53,741 nucleotides of DNA from NCBI RefSeq assembly GCF_001194135.2, contig NC_068982.1, positions 126,436,773 to 126,490,513 on the forward strand. Reading direction: 5' to 3'. Position 1 is the first letter of the stretch; each line of letters opens with the position of its first letter. The translations under genes were made by a program, and so were the position numbers. Under the pieces are notes generated by a model. It did no database searches, had not been told where the DNA came from, and saw nothing but the letters and a program-made list of their open reading frames with translations. This document shows, one piece after another, positions 1 to 13,839 of the stretch. The stretch is from Octopus bimaculoides. Lineage: Eukaryota.

Positions 1-49
<49 letters not shown>

Positions 50-84
50 GATATATAAACATGCATACATATTCACATACATAC

Positions 85-138
85 TGAAATATAAGTGAAT
101 CTGAGTTGCTGAAGGCTGTACTACATTGATTACATAAC
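85..138 (-). CDS. Candidate 54-nt exon encoding a C2H2 zinc-finger-like segment
   Basis: Minus strand reads tctttaacAG|g tta tgt aat caa tgt agt aca gcc ttc agc aac tca gat tca ctt ata ttt ca|GTATGT = LCNQCSTAFSNSDSLIF(H/Q). This fits C-x2-C-x3-F-x5-L-x2-H with symmetric phase 2. The donor overlaps a (TATG)n tract and may be chance. Confidence 0.25.
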
Positions 139-436
139 CTGTTAAAGATGATTGCTTTGAGATGTGAGGAAGAAACTTCGCTAGACAGCATTTAGAACCA
201 TCATCATATTCCTGGTTTTTCAGATACAAAAGTCAAACAACTGGAGCCTCTTAAGGCTAGATAGATAACCCTGAATCTGATCCAGATGACAGTCACTCTA
301 TTTGAACACTTGGACAAACAAATTCCATCAACTTATTTTCTCCTATGATTAATTATCAGGAATCAAAAATCATTAAACTACATAAGTCTTAATATAGCAA
401 TCACAATACGCCTTCTTTTTTTAAAAAAAAGGTAGG

Positions 437-752
437 TAACCATGTGATTTAGGGTTCAGTCCCACTGTGTGGCACCTTGGGCCGATCAAAGCCTTGAGTG
501 AATTTGGTACAAAGAAACTGTGTGGAAGCCTACCATGTGTGTGTGTTTGTCTTTGTGTTTGTTCCCCCACCTCACCAGTGTTAGTTTATGCCCCCCCCCC
601 AAAAAAAAACTTAGCAGTTCAGCAAAAGAGCTCAATAGAACAAGTACCAAATTGAAAAAAATAAGAACTGAAATTGATTTGGTTGACCAAAGTCTTCAAG
701 GTGGTGTCACATCATGTCCATAGTTCAATATGGAATAAGTAAAAGATAAAAT
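437..752 (+). mobile_element. tRNA-derived SINE family A, degenerate copy
   Basis: B-box-like ggttcagtccc, ggcaccttgg core, aacttagcagttcagcaaaagag central block and tail; collinear with the copy at 18731-19121. Confidence 0.8.
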
Positions 753-939
753 ATACCATTATTGATAATGTGGTAAATGTGCAGAAATGATAGAACAATG
801 ACCGTAGACAACATCATAGTATTAGTTAAAGCTTTCTATGGGCTCTGGGTTCAAATACTACTGATGCTAAACTTTGCCTTTTATCTTCTTGGGCTTCATA
901 AAGATTTACCAGTTCATTACTGAGATCAATTCTTCAATC

Positions 940-1350
940 TTCTTTTCTACTCTAGGCACAAGGCCTGAAATTTGGGGGGAGGAGGCCAGTCGATTAGATT
1001 GACCCCAGTATGCAACTGGTACTTAATTTATCCTTTTCTATTCTAGGCACAAGGCCTGAAATTTTGGGGGAGGAGGGGCAGTCGATTAGATTGACCCCCC
1101 CCCCCAGTACACAACTGGTACTTAATTTATCATTTTCTACTCTAAGCACAAGGCCCAAAATTTTGGGGGAGGGGTCTAGTCAGTTAGATCGATCCAGTAC
1201 AAAACTGGTACTTAATTTATCGACCCTGAAAGGATGAAAGGCAAAGTCGACCCTGGTGGAATTTGAACTCAGAGTGTAAAGACAGACAAAATACCACCAC
1301 TAAGCATTTCACCTGGCATACTAATGTTTCTGCCAGCTGGCTGCCTTTCA
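940..1350 (-). mobile_element. tRNA-derived SINE family B with triplicated 3' tail
   Basis: Reverse complement of the SINE B body (gtcgactttgcctttcatcc) at about 1220-1350, plus three tandem ~90-bp copies of the ctaggcacaaggcctgaaattt...ggtacttaatttatc tail. Confidence 0.85.
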
Positions 1351-1459
1351 ATTCTTCAATGTTACCATATTTGATGGCATAAAAGACACACAAGCATATT
1401 AGAAACAACCCAATTTCAATAGCTGTTCATTTTCAGGAAAAACAAAGATTTTTAGTGCA

Positions 1460-1669
1460 TTAACCCCTTAGCATTCAGATTAATCTATCAAATATAATGC
1501 CCATTTATTCATATTGCTTTGAATTAATCATGCATTATCTTGTAGCTTTGAGATTTGAATGATGTAATTGCTTATTTTTATGATGACATTGTAGGGTAGG
1601 CGTGAGAGGTTGAAGATGGTCAGTTTGAACATAAAACAATATTTTGGCCAGATATGACTAGTTTAAAGT
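1460..1669. mobile_element. TTAA/CCC-terminated MITE (piggyBac-type, family 2), degenerate
   Basis: Starts taacccctTAGCATTCA; internal sequence is the reverse of the copy at 22998-23186; right end eroded. Confidence 0.6.
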
Positions 1670-1670
1670 T

Positions 1671-2654
1671 ATGTGGATTTTAAAGTTGTTTATGTCACTG
1701 TTGTTACCAGAATTTATCTTAGTTTAATTACTGGTTATTATTTATGCAAATTAAACTAAAGGGTCAAAGCATATAATATAGGCTCAAACTTTACATATAG
1801 GACCCAAGGCAAATTTTTTAAGGTTCATTATTTTTTTTTCTTTTGAAAAGTGTCTTGTAAGTCATCGAAAATGGTAACTCTGTAAGAAAGGTCATGGAAG
1901 AAACCACTGATAGTGTCTGATTTTCCATTTCTAGAGAACAGTTAAGCAAGGAAATAAAAAAAACTGCTATCCTACAGGGACCACCCAAGGATGAGCCAAT
2001 GTACAAGAATCTCATTGGTAGAATATATTTTCCCAAACGAAATTCCTGCAAATTATTACTGAGTTGAAGCAATATCAGTTACAAAAATATTTCTTAGAAT
2101 TGATATAGTTGTGTCTCTGTCATAGAAATAGAAAGTAAAAGTTAAAATTATGTAATTTTTAATTGAAGTGATAATATCAATTAAAAATTCTATAATTAAT
2201 CTCAAGTTTTATTTTAGCTTACTTGATTATTATTTTTTTGGCATCAATTGAAAACAAACGGTGAGACGTTATTAAGCACCATCAATTTGAAGTTAAACAA
2301 AATCTGTGCTGGTTAAGTAAAATAATGAAATGTCATTTAAAGTACAGACTAATTGGCATCGTTTAACGATGTAATAGACAATGAAATCTTCAGAAATAAA
2401 CTAGACAAATAAGATGAACACAAATTATTGAACATATTTGATTAGATTTGTTGACTTTACTAAAATTGTTCGGTGTGAAATATATTGTGCTATTCATTCT
2501 CACATGAAAACTAGTAAAAATTTCTATTGCCTGTAGATTAAAAAAATATTTTAATTGAAAATGTGGATTTTAAAGTTATGTTTATAGCACTGTTGCTACC
2601 AGAATTTGTCTGACTTAATTCAATTATTGGTTATTATTTATGCAAATTAAACTA
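1671..2654 (+). repeat. Pair of ~90-bp direct repeats (1671-1759 and 2561-2654)
   Basis: Both run atgtggattttaaagtt...ccagaattt...ggttattatttatgcaaattaaactaa and each contains the octamer ATGCAAAT. Confidence 0.85.
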
Positions 2655-5600
2655 ACTGGTTTACTGAAGTTACAATATTAGTAGTTATAAATAGTTACAA
2701 GATATATATCTAAGTGGACACACAAAAGTATATGTATTGTCTACGAAGAGATCTGAACAGAGACCAATCACTCCTTCTGTCCAGAGATAAGAACATTTCT
2801 TTATATTTGCCCAAGTGTATGCAGTTATGGTTTATAAATATATACCTTAATGTACATGTTGAATTATGAAATACACAGTTTGGTGCCATCTATAATTTTA
2901 TAAATGATAATGTAACCAGCAAAAAAAAACCCCAAAAAAACTATGCCAATTTGGACTAAAGAATTTAAAGAAACCCTGATGTTTAATAGCTATCAATAGT
3001 TATGTGTTCTCACTGTAGGCAAGCAATGGATGGTGTGTGATCTTGAAAAAGACCCAAACTAGGACATAAACCAGATCAAGCTAATTATCCGTTTGCTGTC
3101 AACAGAGACAAAAAAAAAAGACACTTGTTTCCATTACCCCAACTACATTCAGTTATTTGTCACAATAACAGGTAAAATACTCATATTGCTTATCAAAGTA
3201 TATCTTAGTGCACAATTCAAAATATCACAACACACTATTTAGAACATCAATAATTAAATGATTGACTACATAACAAGTGAAAGCACTATTTGTGCAAATC
3301 AGATGAACCAGTTTAGTGAAGTCAGAATATTTAGTGACTATAAATAACAGTAAACATATCTCTATGGACAGACAAAGGAAGATGTATAATTTCTGAAAAT
3401 ATCCCAACAAGGATTGAAATTAGATTAGGCCAACTTTTTTTTCTGTCCACAGAGATAAAAATAAAGACATTAGCATGCATTAACTGAAGGGTGCTCAAAT
3501 ATGTTTAAGAACAAGTTTTAAAAATCTGTACTATTTGTAAAGGCATTCCTTAAAAAATATATTTCCTATCTGTAGTTTTCATAACCAGGAGCCAACAATG
3601 AGAAATTTTACATATAAATTGCTTTGTAATCTATATATAAATTGTTTTGTAGTCTATGTATAAATTGCTTTGCAAATTGTTTTATATTTAAAATGGCCAA
3701 GGATTGTTCTACAAAACTGGTTAAGAGGTATGCTTTGCAACCATATGAATCTGGATTCTATCCCTCTGCACAACACTTTGGGAAAGAGTCTTCTGCTGTA
3801 GTCTTGAGTTAATTTATATGCACAACAAATTATTCTTACCGAGTTTCATGGCTCAACAGTCAAACAAAAACACATACAGATGAAATATGTCGTTACATTC
3901 TGCTAAAAATCCTGATTCATCATTATGCACATCTATGTAAATGTAAATTTAATCCTTTGTGATTAACAAAATTCCATGGGGACAATTTCAACTTTATTTG
4001 GCCAAGCATTAAAATGAAAGATAAATTTCTTGCTGGTTAAGATGATTGTTGTCTATCAGAGTCTATTTTTCTATGAAAGAAATTCAGAAGCTCAGCACTG
4101 CAAACAAATGTAACATTTGACCAATTCCACAAAAGAGTAATGAATTATATGTACCATTTGCTGTACCCACTGAGAATGCGAGAGACAGGATATAAACTAA
4201 CAAACTTTTACATTATTAGGCATCATACAAGCTCAACCATTGATGGTTCTTATTTATATTGCACCACAAGACACCTCCTGACATCAACTCACCTGAAACT
4301 ATTCCTCATTCTAAAATACAAACTCCTTGCTTTAAAGTGATTTAAATTAAAACCTATCAAAATTTCAAATTGCTCTAAACAGAGGCCTTATGACAAAGTT
4401 ATTTTACTAAATTCATTATTTTCAAAAATAACTGAAACAAAGGAAGCATATTTCAACAAAAATATGTTAACAAAATGGTTAAATAAGTAATAATTTTTGC
4501 CCATATTTTCTCATGAAGCAGTTCACATCAGCTCAAGTGCATGGGGTAATCGACACAATGGATATAAAGTTTAAGGTACTACACAACTTGGCCATATAGT
4601 CAAATCAGACCAAATCTTATAACCAACCATTGTGTTGTATTCCTCAACACAATACATGGTTCTGCATGCTCTACTTCACATGACTGATGAGGCTAAGTGG
4701 TAAAGTACTGAATGATATATACAAAAACCTCTTCATTAAATCCAAATTTCCCTCCATGTTGAGAAAAGAAACAAAAGCCTAGTGGGAATAATACCACTCA
4801 AAAGAACGGGGAAATAACTTCAAGAAATTTAGTTATTAATTTCACAAAATTTTATTAAAAAATTTTTAGGGGAGAAAAAAATCTGATATTTGTTGGTATA
4901 ACAAGCCAACAGCTAGACACAGTTTTACTGGAGCTAATCAGTAAGGGTGGGCTTGCTTAATCAGTCAACTTATAGAAAAAGTAATGAAAATTAAAATAAT
5001 GTAAAAGAAAAAAAAAAAGTTGAAGGAAATAACAAATATTTCCTTCAACTTTTTTTTTCTTTTAGATTATTTAAATTTAATAACAAATAGGCCAATAGCC
5101 TAAATACAAGTAAGTTAAAGAGAAATATACAAAAAGACATACACGAAAATATTCTTCAATTTTTGAAACTTTTCTCAGTTGTTTGACTCAGCTTCACTGA
5201 AAGCATGTCTACAGTTGTCACACTGCCTAACAGACATGAAGGTAAGTTTCCTTTGAGAGTCATCAACAAATGCCACTAGGTTTTTGTTTGCTTTCTTCAA
5301 CTTAGAAGAGAGACCTCGACTAACTTAGAAAATTCAGTGTGTCAGCCCTTAATTTATCTTAATTTATCAGTTCTCAACTGGGGTCCATATAAGATTTTGT
5401 TAAAGTTTATGTGCAATGAATTGGTTATACTTCTACAATAAATAAAATATTTTAATAATTTTTTGTATAATTCCTAACAATATTTTAATACTAAAAATAT
5501 AAAGGGATTTTTTTAAACATCAAATAGCTATGGAGGGCCGTCCATCCATGTAAAATAGGAATCAAAGGGGTCCAGGCAAAAAAATGGTTGAGAACTACTG

Positions 5601-8600
5601 ATCATGTCATTGTCTCACTTGAGTTATTTCTCTTTGCTCATTTTTTTTTTCCTTTAACAAAAACAACTCCTAGTTTATAATTTATATGGGTATCTAGCCA
5701 TACAAAAAGAAATCATTATATTCACAAGAAAACCAATTTAAATACTGAGGGAAATTGAGAGAGAATGAAAAAGAAATTCATCTCCAAACCTTTACAAATT
5801 TAAGTCAGTCTTTTAAGTATAGTAAAACTTCATGTTGCCATTTCGAGTTGGAGACTTAATCTGCCAAATCTTGAAAAATTATTTACTCCTTCCTACAAGG
5901 AGGCATTTTGGTGTTCTGCTTTACATGAAAGATATATTAAATGATTATTTCAAATTCTCTGAGCAACCATTTCAACTGCTGCTTCATTATTTCCTATATT
6001 CTAAATATGAAAATGCTTGATAATGAGTTCAGATTCAGAAAGATTCCCAACTGAAAACCAAATGTAGAAGAACTGAATGCTTATCCATCACATAAGCTTT
6101 TGCGACAGATTCTCCACAAGCCAAAATATTCACATCATTAACAATTCTTTGTTAGCTCTTTCTCATCAATGTTATATTTCTAAAAGAGATCATCTCCACA
6201 CACGCTAAGTACTCACCCCNNNNNNNNNNNNNNNNNNNNNNNNNNNNNNNNNNNNNNNNNNNNNNNNNNNNNNNNNNNNNCCCCCCACAAAATCAAGCTA
6301 CACATTCCAAATGTATCGAGATATTGATTTTATAAATGAACAACATATCTATAATCTTGTACAGTACCAAGAAAAGAACAATTATTTTACCATCTGAATA
6401 AATCTGAGTACAAGTAAAACTTGGTAAATTAAAAATGAATTATCAAAAATGTAAAAGACTAAAGAACTAACCAATGACAAGAATGACGATGGCAAAATTA
6501 AAGTGTATCCAAACTAATGCCAACATAAATTGATAGGCAAAATTTAAAAAAAAAAAAAAAAAGGAAAAATAGGGGGTTAAATGATGGGTGTGTTGATAGG
6601 AGATAATTTATTGAAGGCGGGAATATATTTCAAGTCATGGCTTCATTGATTAATAATTTGAATTAACAGACTTTGAAATAGATTTAGAAACCAGGTGGTA
6701 AAGGAAATTGAAATTCTGGGGTTTATAAGTTACCACATTTTAAAATAACCGCTAAAAACTGTAGATTAAAAATTCATTTAACAAAAAGACACATGGGAAA
6801 GTTAGAAGATATTTGAAGGCGGTCTTTTATAATTCTAGATTTTATGTAAAGTTGTTCAGAAAATTCTTACTATATATATCTATGTTACAGAGTAAAAAGT
6901 AGCTATCAGCTGACTAAATAATTTATTCAAGAATTGGTTACTCAAATATGAAACACAATGTAAAAGAATAAACAAAGAATTTTATCCTCTTATCCAAAAA
7001 GTTTAAACAATTCATCATCAAACTTTACAGATTAAGAGATTCAGTTTAAAACTTAGCACTTTTGTTCAAAAGTTTCCAAACAATTTAAGAAAAGAGAGAA
7101 AAGAGGAAGACAACAATAACTCAATTATCCCCCACCACCACCATCACCAGTACTAATACTTCTACTTTATCAAACTCAACTGGTCTTATTTTTCGCGAAT
7201 CGATTTCTGGAGGTGGGGGGAGAAGAAGATGAAGAAGAAGTAATGAGTTGCGGGAGGAGAAAAGAAGACCGGGAAATGAAGACAGATGTATGACGCCAAA
7301 GAAATGAGAGAACGGAGGAAAGACAGAGGAAGGAAATAGACTGCCAAGATTCCTTACATACACACAGATACACGCACACACAGATAGAGAGAGAGAGAGA
7401 AGGAAGGAACACACATACACATACAGACATCAGAGAAGAGCTTGCTTATTAGATTGAATTTCTTTAAGGAAGTTTTAACACACACAATCGAGAAGGCGGG
7501 AATACAAAAATCTTAAACAAACGCAGCACTTTTCGGTGACGTCCAACAATTTCAGATAAAAAAAACCCGTCATTACAGAAACAATAGCACCAAATGAAAA
7601 ACCCAACAGTACTTTGGTTGCCTTTATTTTAATTATATATTATTAACAAAGGAATTCTATGAAAATGAATAAATCATTCTTTGCTCATATTATATATTGT
7701 AATACTGTGAAATTCTCAAGAATTTAATATGTCCTGAAATCTTTTTAATCTTCAAAGTTCACTTAAACTATTTTGAAGTTGTGAACATGATGCCACCCCG
7801 TTTTTTTTGTCTTTGGGGGGGGGGGCAGTGGATAGTTTTTGGGCTTTTTTTTACGAATGCTATTTAAATTAAACCATCATCGGATTATAGATATAACAAT
7901 AAAGACAATACACATAGAACTTGGTAAATTGGTGGTATGAAGAATTTGAATTAGGGTTTTTTACTTTTACTGTTTTCCTATACGTGGGGGGGGGGGTAAG
8001 GTGATTAAACTACTTTATAAAATAATTATATATTGGCATTTTTAAGAATTGAAAATAAACAAATGGGGGAGGGGGTATTTCAACAACAGAGTCACAGACA
8101 AAGAATAAAGCATGTCATTTGGGATATACAGATGCAAGGAGGGAATCAAAATTTGAAAGTATCTGGGAAGAAGTTTAATTAACATGGGGCTTTGTTTAAA
8201 CGTAAATATTAAGCAATAGCTAGATAAATATGTATAGAGACATAAATATCTCACAATAATCTTGTCTACAAAACGAAACAATGATGCTATATACAAGGGG
8301 TGGATAGCTAGTTTTGTCTACTACAACAAGGGGGTTCGCGCACAGTATCAAATTCGAACTCACTACATCAGCAGTTCGAGCAAAAACATCATCAAGGTAT
8401 TTAAAGCGAAGGGTTGTCAGATATAGGTAGGAATTGTGTTGATTGATTCGAGGTTCTTGTCTGACACAGGTGGGTATTTTTAAACTGACATGTAGGTGTG
8501 GGTTAAAACACAAAAGAAACAGAAAATACGAATGAATAGACAATCTTTCTGAAAAATTAAAATAGTTATAGATTTGAAAAAGAAAACAACAAAGTTGAAA

Positions 8601-9854
8601 TATTAACAAGGAAATCTGACAAATTAACAACTTTAAAAAACAAATATCAACATCGTTTTTGAATATGTGTGTTTCTATAAGTGTATGTGTGTGTGTGTGT
8701 GAGTGTCTGTGTAGACATGAGTTAAAAACCGGCTTCAGAAGAGATGAATAGAAAGTATATGAAAATAATACAAGATTTGTTAAAATAGTAAAATAAATGA
8801 GAAAAATCAACACAAGTTAAGGATTAACTGACATAAATATTCGTCTCGTGGTAGTTTTCGTCGCTTAAATATGATTTCAACATCGTATAGACAGATGGTT
8901 CATTCATAACAATCTCCAGAGTAGTTAATTTATCATCAAACAGACGTAAATACATCGAGGGAATTGGCTTCGAAACATGAGAAGGTTTAAAGTTTGACAA
9001 AAAATATATATATATACACACAAATATATATATAACATTTAAAAAACTTTGTCAGTATTAAAATATTGTAAACTTTACGATTTGGAAGTTTTTAGCAATC
9101 GTATATTTAATTTGTTTCTTAACTTGTGCTCGTCACTTAAAGGGGTTGAAGTACAATAAAAGACTTAGTATGGATGGATAGTTGAACGTGTGTTGTCGCT
9201 TAACGAAAACAAGATAGATGTTATTATTATATATATAGGAAACAATAAGAATATTTTGTATTGTACGTAACGCACATTATATATATATATATAAATATAT
9301 ATATAGATATATACATACACACACACACACACATTTATATATATGTAAACTTACCGATCCAAGAGGCTTCTGCTAGATATTTTATCGGTGACAAGGAAAA
9401 ATTAAAAATATATTTATACATGTATGTATATATATTTACACACACATACATATATATATATATATATGTCCAGGTTTGTGTATATAAATATAGATAAATA
9501 TAAATATATATATACTATATTGTTTTCGTGTGTATATATATATGTATATAACTCACTACAGGAACCAAGACGGGTTACACACTGTTATACATACTGACGT
9601 TCAGAATGTATACATGTGACAGGAGTAAAACTGTATATTTACAGACATACACAGAAGCGCGCGTGCGCAGATGTATACAGCGATACATGTGTGTGCGTGT
9701 GTGCCGGGTTGTTATGGAAAGCGGTGTGTTAGTAGCCAAGGCATAACTACGATTCTGATGTGACCTTCAGTTCATCGCAGCGCACATACACTTGCTCATA
9801 TATACACACATATACATACATAATCTCATATATAAATGTGTATATATATATAAA

Positions 9855-9900
<46 letters not shown>

Positions 9901-10282
9901 TGTTTGTGTATGTGTGTGTATATATATATATTGTTATATACAAAGCTATATGTATATATATATATGTATATCTATATATGTATTGACACACGCACAGTCA
10001 TACAGATATGTATACGCAACTGTTAAAATTTAGCGGTAGTGGAATAACAAATTTGAAATTATTATTTGTCTATATATATATATATATATATAAATCATAT
10101 ATTATATAATTTTTTTTTTGTTCAGAAAACTCCCTGTATTTTCATAAAATACGAAAACAGTTATTTTAACAGTGGAAAATGCCGTCTTTTGACGGAAAGA
10201 TAGAATACAGAGGTGGCGGCTCTAGAGCAGCGAAGGAAGGAGGACAGACATACATATAGACGTAGAGCTGTGTATATGTATG

Positions 10283-10339
<57 letters not shown>

Positions 10340-10479
10340 TCACTACGTTTACTGACTATACTGTACAGCTATTCGGTACTAAATAAGACTTAGAATATAG
10401 GTAAAGGCAGTGAGAGAGGAGGCCAACTTTTATATTATAGTCTATCTTTCTTTCTGTCTCATTCACTCGATAGTCTTAC

Positions 10480-10590
10480 CACCGCTTCCACCACCACTAC
10501 CCTCCTTAAACGGACTTGTTCAGCCGACTACTCACGGAAACAAACGAACACTACCGAACATTCGGCCGGACAGATGGCTGCGTTGATAGT
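10480..10590 (-). other. Candidate non-coding first exon of a leftward gene
   Basis: CpG-rich, begins near a GCAGCCATCT (YY1-like) motif. Two consensus donors on the minus strand: cc|GTGAGT (exon end 10536) and gtg|GTAAGA (exon end 10480). Confidence 0.3.
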
Positions 10591-11070
10591 TTACTTTACC
10601 CCGGCTAAACCTTTTTTTTTTTCTCTCTTAAATTTTTATTTATTGTTTTTTTTTAATAAATCATCTTATAAACTTTTTCATCTGTTTACAGAGTTTTCAT
10701 ATATTTCTGATGATAATGAAAAGAAATAAATTTTATGTTTTACGTTTTGGTTTTTAAAATGAAACCCTTTCTAATGGTTTTTCTTATTTCAATTTGTCTT
10801 TCTTTCTTCACCTTAGCAGAAAGAAAAGTTGCACTTGTTTTTGGTTTTCTTTTCTCTTCTCTGACTCACTTTAAATACGCAGCTCAGATCTAATTTTTTT
10901 GGTGGGGGAGGGATTTTTATTTACTTTTTTTATTCAACAATTAGTTTCTTTTTAAAATTTACTTTTATTTTAAACTCGGATTTAAATTTCTTTGGTAGGA
11001 TTGTAAAATAATTGACAGATTAGAAAAAAAAAATAAATGGTCATTTCATAAATGAAAAAAAAAATTAAAA

Positions 11071-11225
11071 ACTTAGCGGTTCAGCGAATAAACTGATAGA
11101 ATAAGTACCAGGCTTTAAAAATATTGGAGTCGATTTTTACGTCTGAAACCTTTCCAAGGTGGTGCCCCAGCATGACCAGAGCCCAGTGACTGAAACAAGT
11201 AAAGAAAAAAAGAAAAAGAAAAGAA
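11071..11225 (+). mobile_element. SINE family A, 3' half
   Basis: acttagcggttcagcg...gaataagtaccaggc...ggtgccccagcatg...gactgaaacaagtaaag; several CpGs retained. Confidence 0.8.
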
Positions 11226-13839
11226 TAACACGCAAAAAAGTTCTGGTCAGCTTTAAAAAAATAGGAATAAATAAAAATAAAAATGAAACAATCGGGGAAT
11301 AATTGAAGGGTTACTGTGAGATGGGAGTGAGGGTTCTTCTAGACAGGAATATATTCTGACCAATGGCCTCACTTTAGATCAAGGACAGGTCTTCAGCCCT
11401 CCTCCACCCGCTTATATTTTTATTATCACTTTTATTCTTGAAATATTTTTCTTTTCATTTATTCCAAATATCATCACCAACCTAAATATTAACCATATAT
11501 GTTTCTTTTCCTAGTTTTTCTTTTACTTTCTCTTTTTATTCATCTCCATTTCCCTCCCCCCACCTATCTTTATCTATCTATCTATCTATTCATGCCTCCT
11601 CTCCATAATTCTCTGACCTTTATCTACTCTCTTTTCCAATTATTCGTCCCTGTCCTCTTCTTCGTTCTGTCTTCCACATTGATTCATTGACTACTCTTCC
11701 CGTTTTCGTATTTTTATTTCTTTATCTTTCATTCGTTCATTCCTTTACTTCAAATTTTCCTCGTTCCATCCGTATTCCATACTTATTTTCTTTTTCTCAT
11801 TTCATTCCTTCTCTCAATCTCTCGTTTTGATATTTTACTATTGCTTTTCTTCTTTTCTCCCTTTTATCTTATTTTCTTCTTTCGTTTTCTCTGTTGCATT
11901 TGACTTTTTACCTTTTCTTTATTTTTAATTTTTCATTCTATTAAATCCGCCCCTTCATTATTTGGCTTCTTCTCAATTCTTTCTCTCTCATTCTTATATA
12001 TATATCTTTCTCTTCGCTCATTTCCCCCTCTCTCTACCTTCTCTCTTTTCCTCTCCGTCTATTTTTCTCTTACTCTTACTCTCACTTCCTCCCTTTTCCA
12101 CAAGCAACTCGTCTTTCTACTCTCACAAATATGTCTGACGTCACTGACAGGCAGTCATATTCACTTCCTTTATAATCAGGAATACGGACGAGTCCAAGAT
12201 TAAAATAGGGACGTCAGTTCAACATTCACCTAAATATTTTAAATAGAAAATTAAAATTTTCTCAGAAAATGTAAATTCTTTAACAGTTAATATTACTAAT
12301 AGAGAAATAAAACTACAATCCATATATTTTAAGTTTTAATTATCTATGTAAGGGTCTTAAATTTCTAAAAACATAGCAGAAATATTTTTTACCTCTCATC
12401 CTGTCTATTCCATTTTCTATCTTTTGTCACATTACTTCGACTATGTGGTCAAAGGTCATGCGATTTAAGCTATTGTTTATTACCACGTGCAATAGGCTAG
12501 TCGTATCATTTATAAAAACAAGAAAATATTTCTGCGAATGTGTTTTAAAATTTGTCTCCAAAAATATTATTAAAACTTGGTTCGTTGAAATTACAGAGAA
12601 AACCATTTGGGAATAAAATAATTTTCATTTCTGTAAAATAATTTTCTAGTTGTTTTAAGCCATATTACTTCGTTTCTGTCACTAACAAAGAAGCAATATT
12701 TTTCCTTTGCTCAATGATAATAAATTTAATGTTTATTTCTTCTTCCCTGTTGAAAAGAAAAACCATGGAATCTTAGAAGGATGTGAGAAAAGTGATGGAA
12801 AAATCTGAATTGAAGATAGTAAGAGAATGAATAGTGAGCGTGAGAAAGAAGAGCGGACAAATATAGCTGCAGTTATATTTGTATCAGATCGACGCAGCGG
12901 GATGTTTTCTCCTTGAAGGAAGGAAGAATTGATGGAAGAAAACATGAACACGCACAATTAGTACAGCGCTGAAAATTCGCGCCATATCTTTTCTAACACC
13001 ATACCGTTTGTTAATGTTATAAGAATCTGGTGGGTGGGTGGGTTATTCAAACTTATTTTTCATTTCATATACCAATGGAATAATTTTATTAATTGTTAAA
13101 CAATCCATTATTATTACCATTAATGTAGTGTCATAATTACTGCTTTGTTATTTTTCTTATTCCTATTTTGTTACGCTGGTAAAGAACCTATTTGATTCCA
13201 CACATAATCCATAAACTACCAAATAACCTGTAACGTATTTCCTAGATGATGAGGAGACTAGCACTAGATTTGAAACAACGATCTTTTAAAATTTTTATAT
13301 ATATTTTTTTCCCAACAAGTTCTTAGGCTTACGCGTGTAAAATAACAAATTCTGTTCATTTTCTTTTTCGTTTTATTATGCGAAGAAATATATTTTCTCA
13401 TGTTAAGATATTTTAATTTTATCAGACTTACTGCTTGAAGTTTTAAGTGCTTTCATTCTAAAATTATAAAATATTGTTCTTGCTTTTGCTTTTGCTTTTT
13501 TGTCACTTATTGAGAAAATAAAATCTATACATACGTCACACGAGTACTACACTTAATTCTATATGAACTATGCAGTTACAGCAAGGAGGCATTGCAATGA
13601 ATTAATAGAACATTGGCGCAGGTATAGCTATGTGGTTATGACGTTCACTTTGTATTTATGTGATTCTGGGTTTGATTTCATATATATATAATAATAATAT
13701 TAAGGACAAAATCCAAAATTACAGGTAAAAACTCAATTAAAATCAATTTATAAAAAAATAAAAATTAAATTGAGCTTTATAGATTAAAATAACTTCGTTA
13801 TTTTCCCTAAAACTATATATATATATATATATATATATG

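Noticed and set aside
3842-3903. Minus-strand gccATGAAACTCG|GTAAGA as a start-codon exon
   Set aside because: Only 10 coding nt and no compatible downstream exon could be identified.
5175-5323. Exon-like frames on both strands (minus VSRGLSSKLKK...CDNCRHAFSEAESNN*; plus MSTVVTLPNRHE|gtaagt)
   Set aside because: The two readings conflict, the minus acceptor is weak, no family is recognised, and neighbouring 5.8-6.2 kb looks like a decayed transposase.
8220-8813. 197-aa minus ORF with a YLDD motif, and a tcgaact/agttcga hairpin with TGATGA and CTGA nearby
   Set aside because: No other RT motifs; the stem is only 7-8 bp; no terminal D box or closing stem for a C/D snoRNA; no known miRNA seed recognised.
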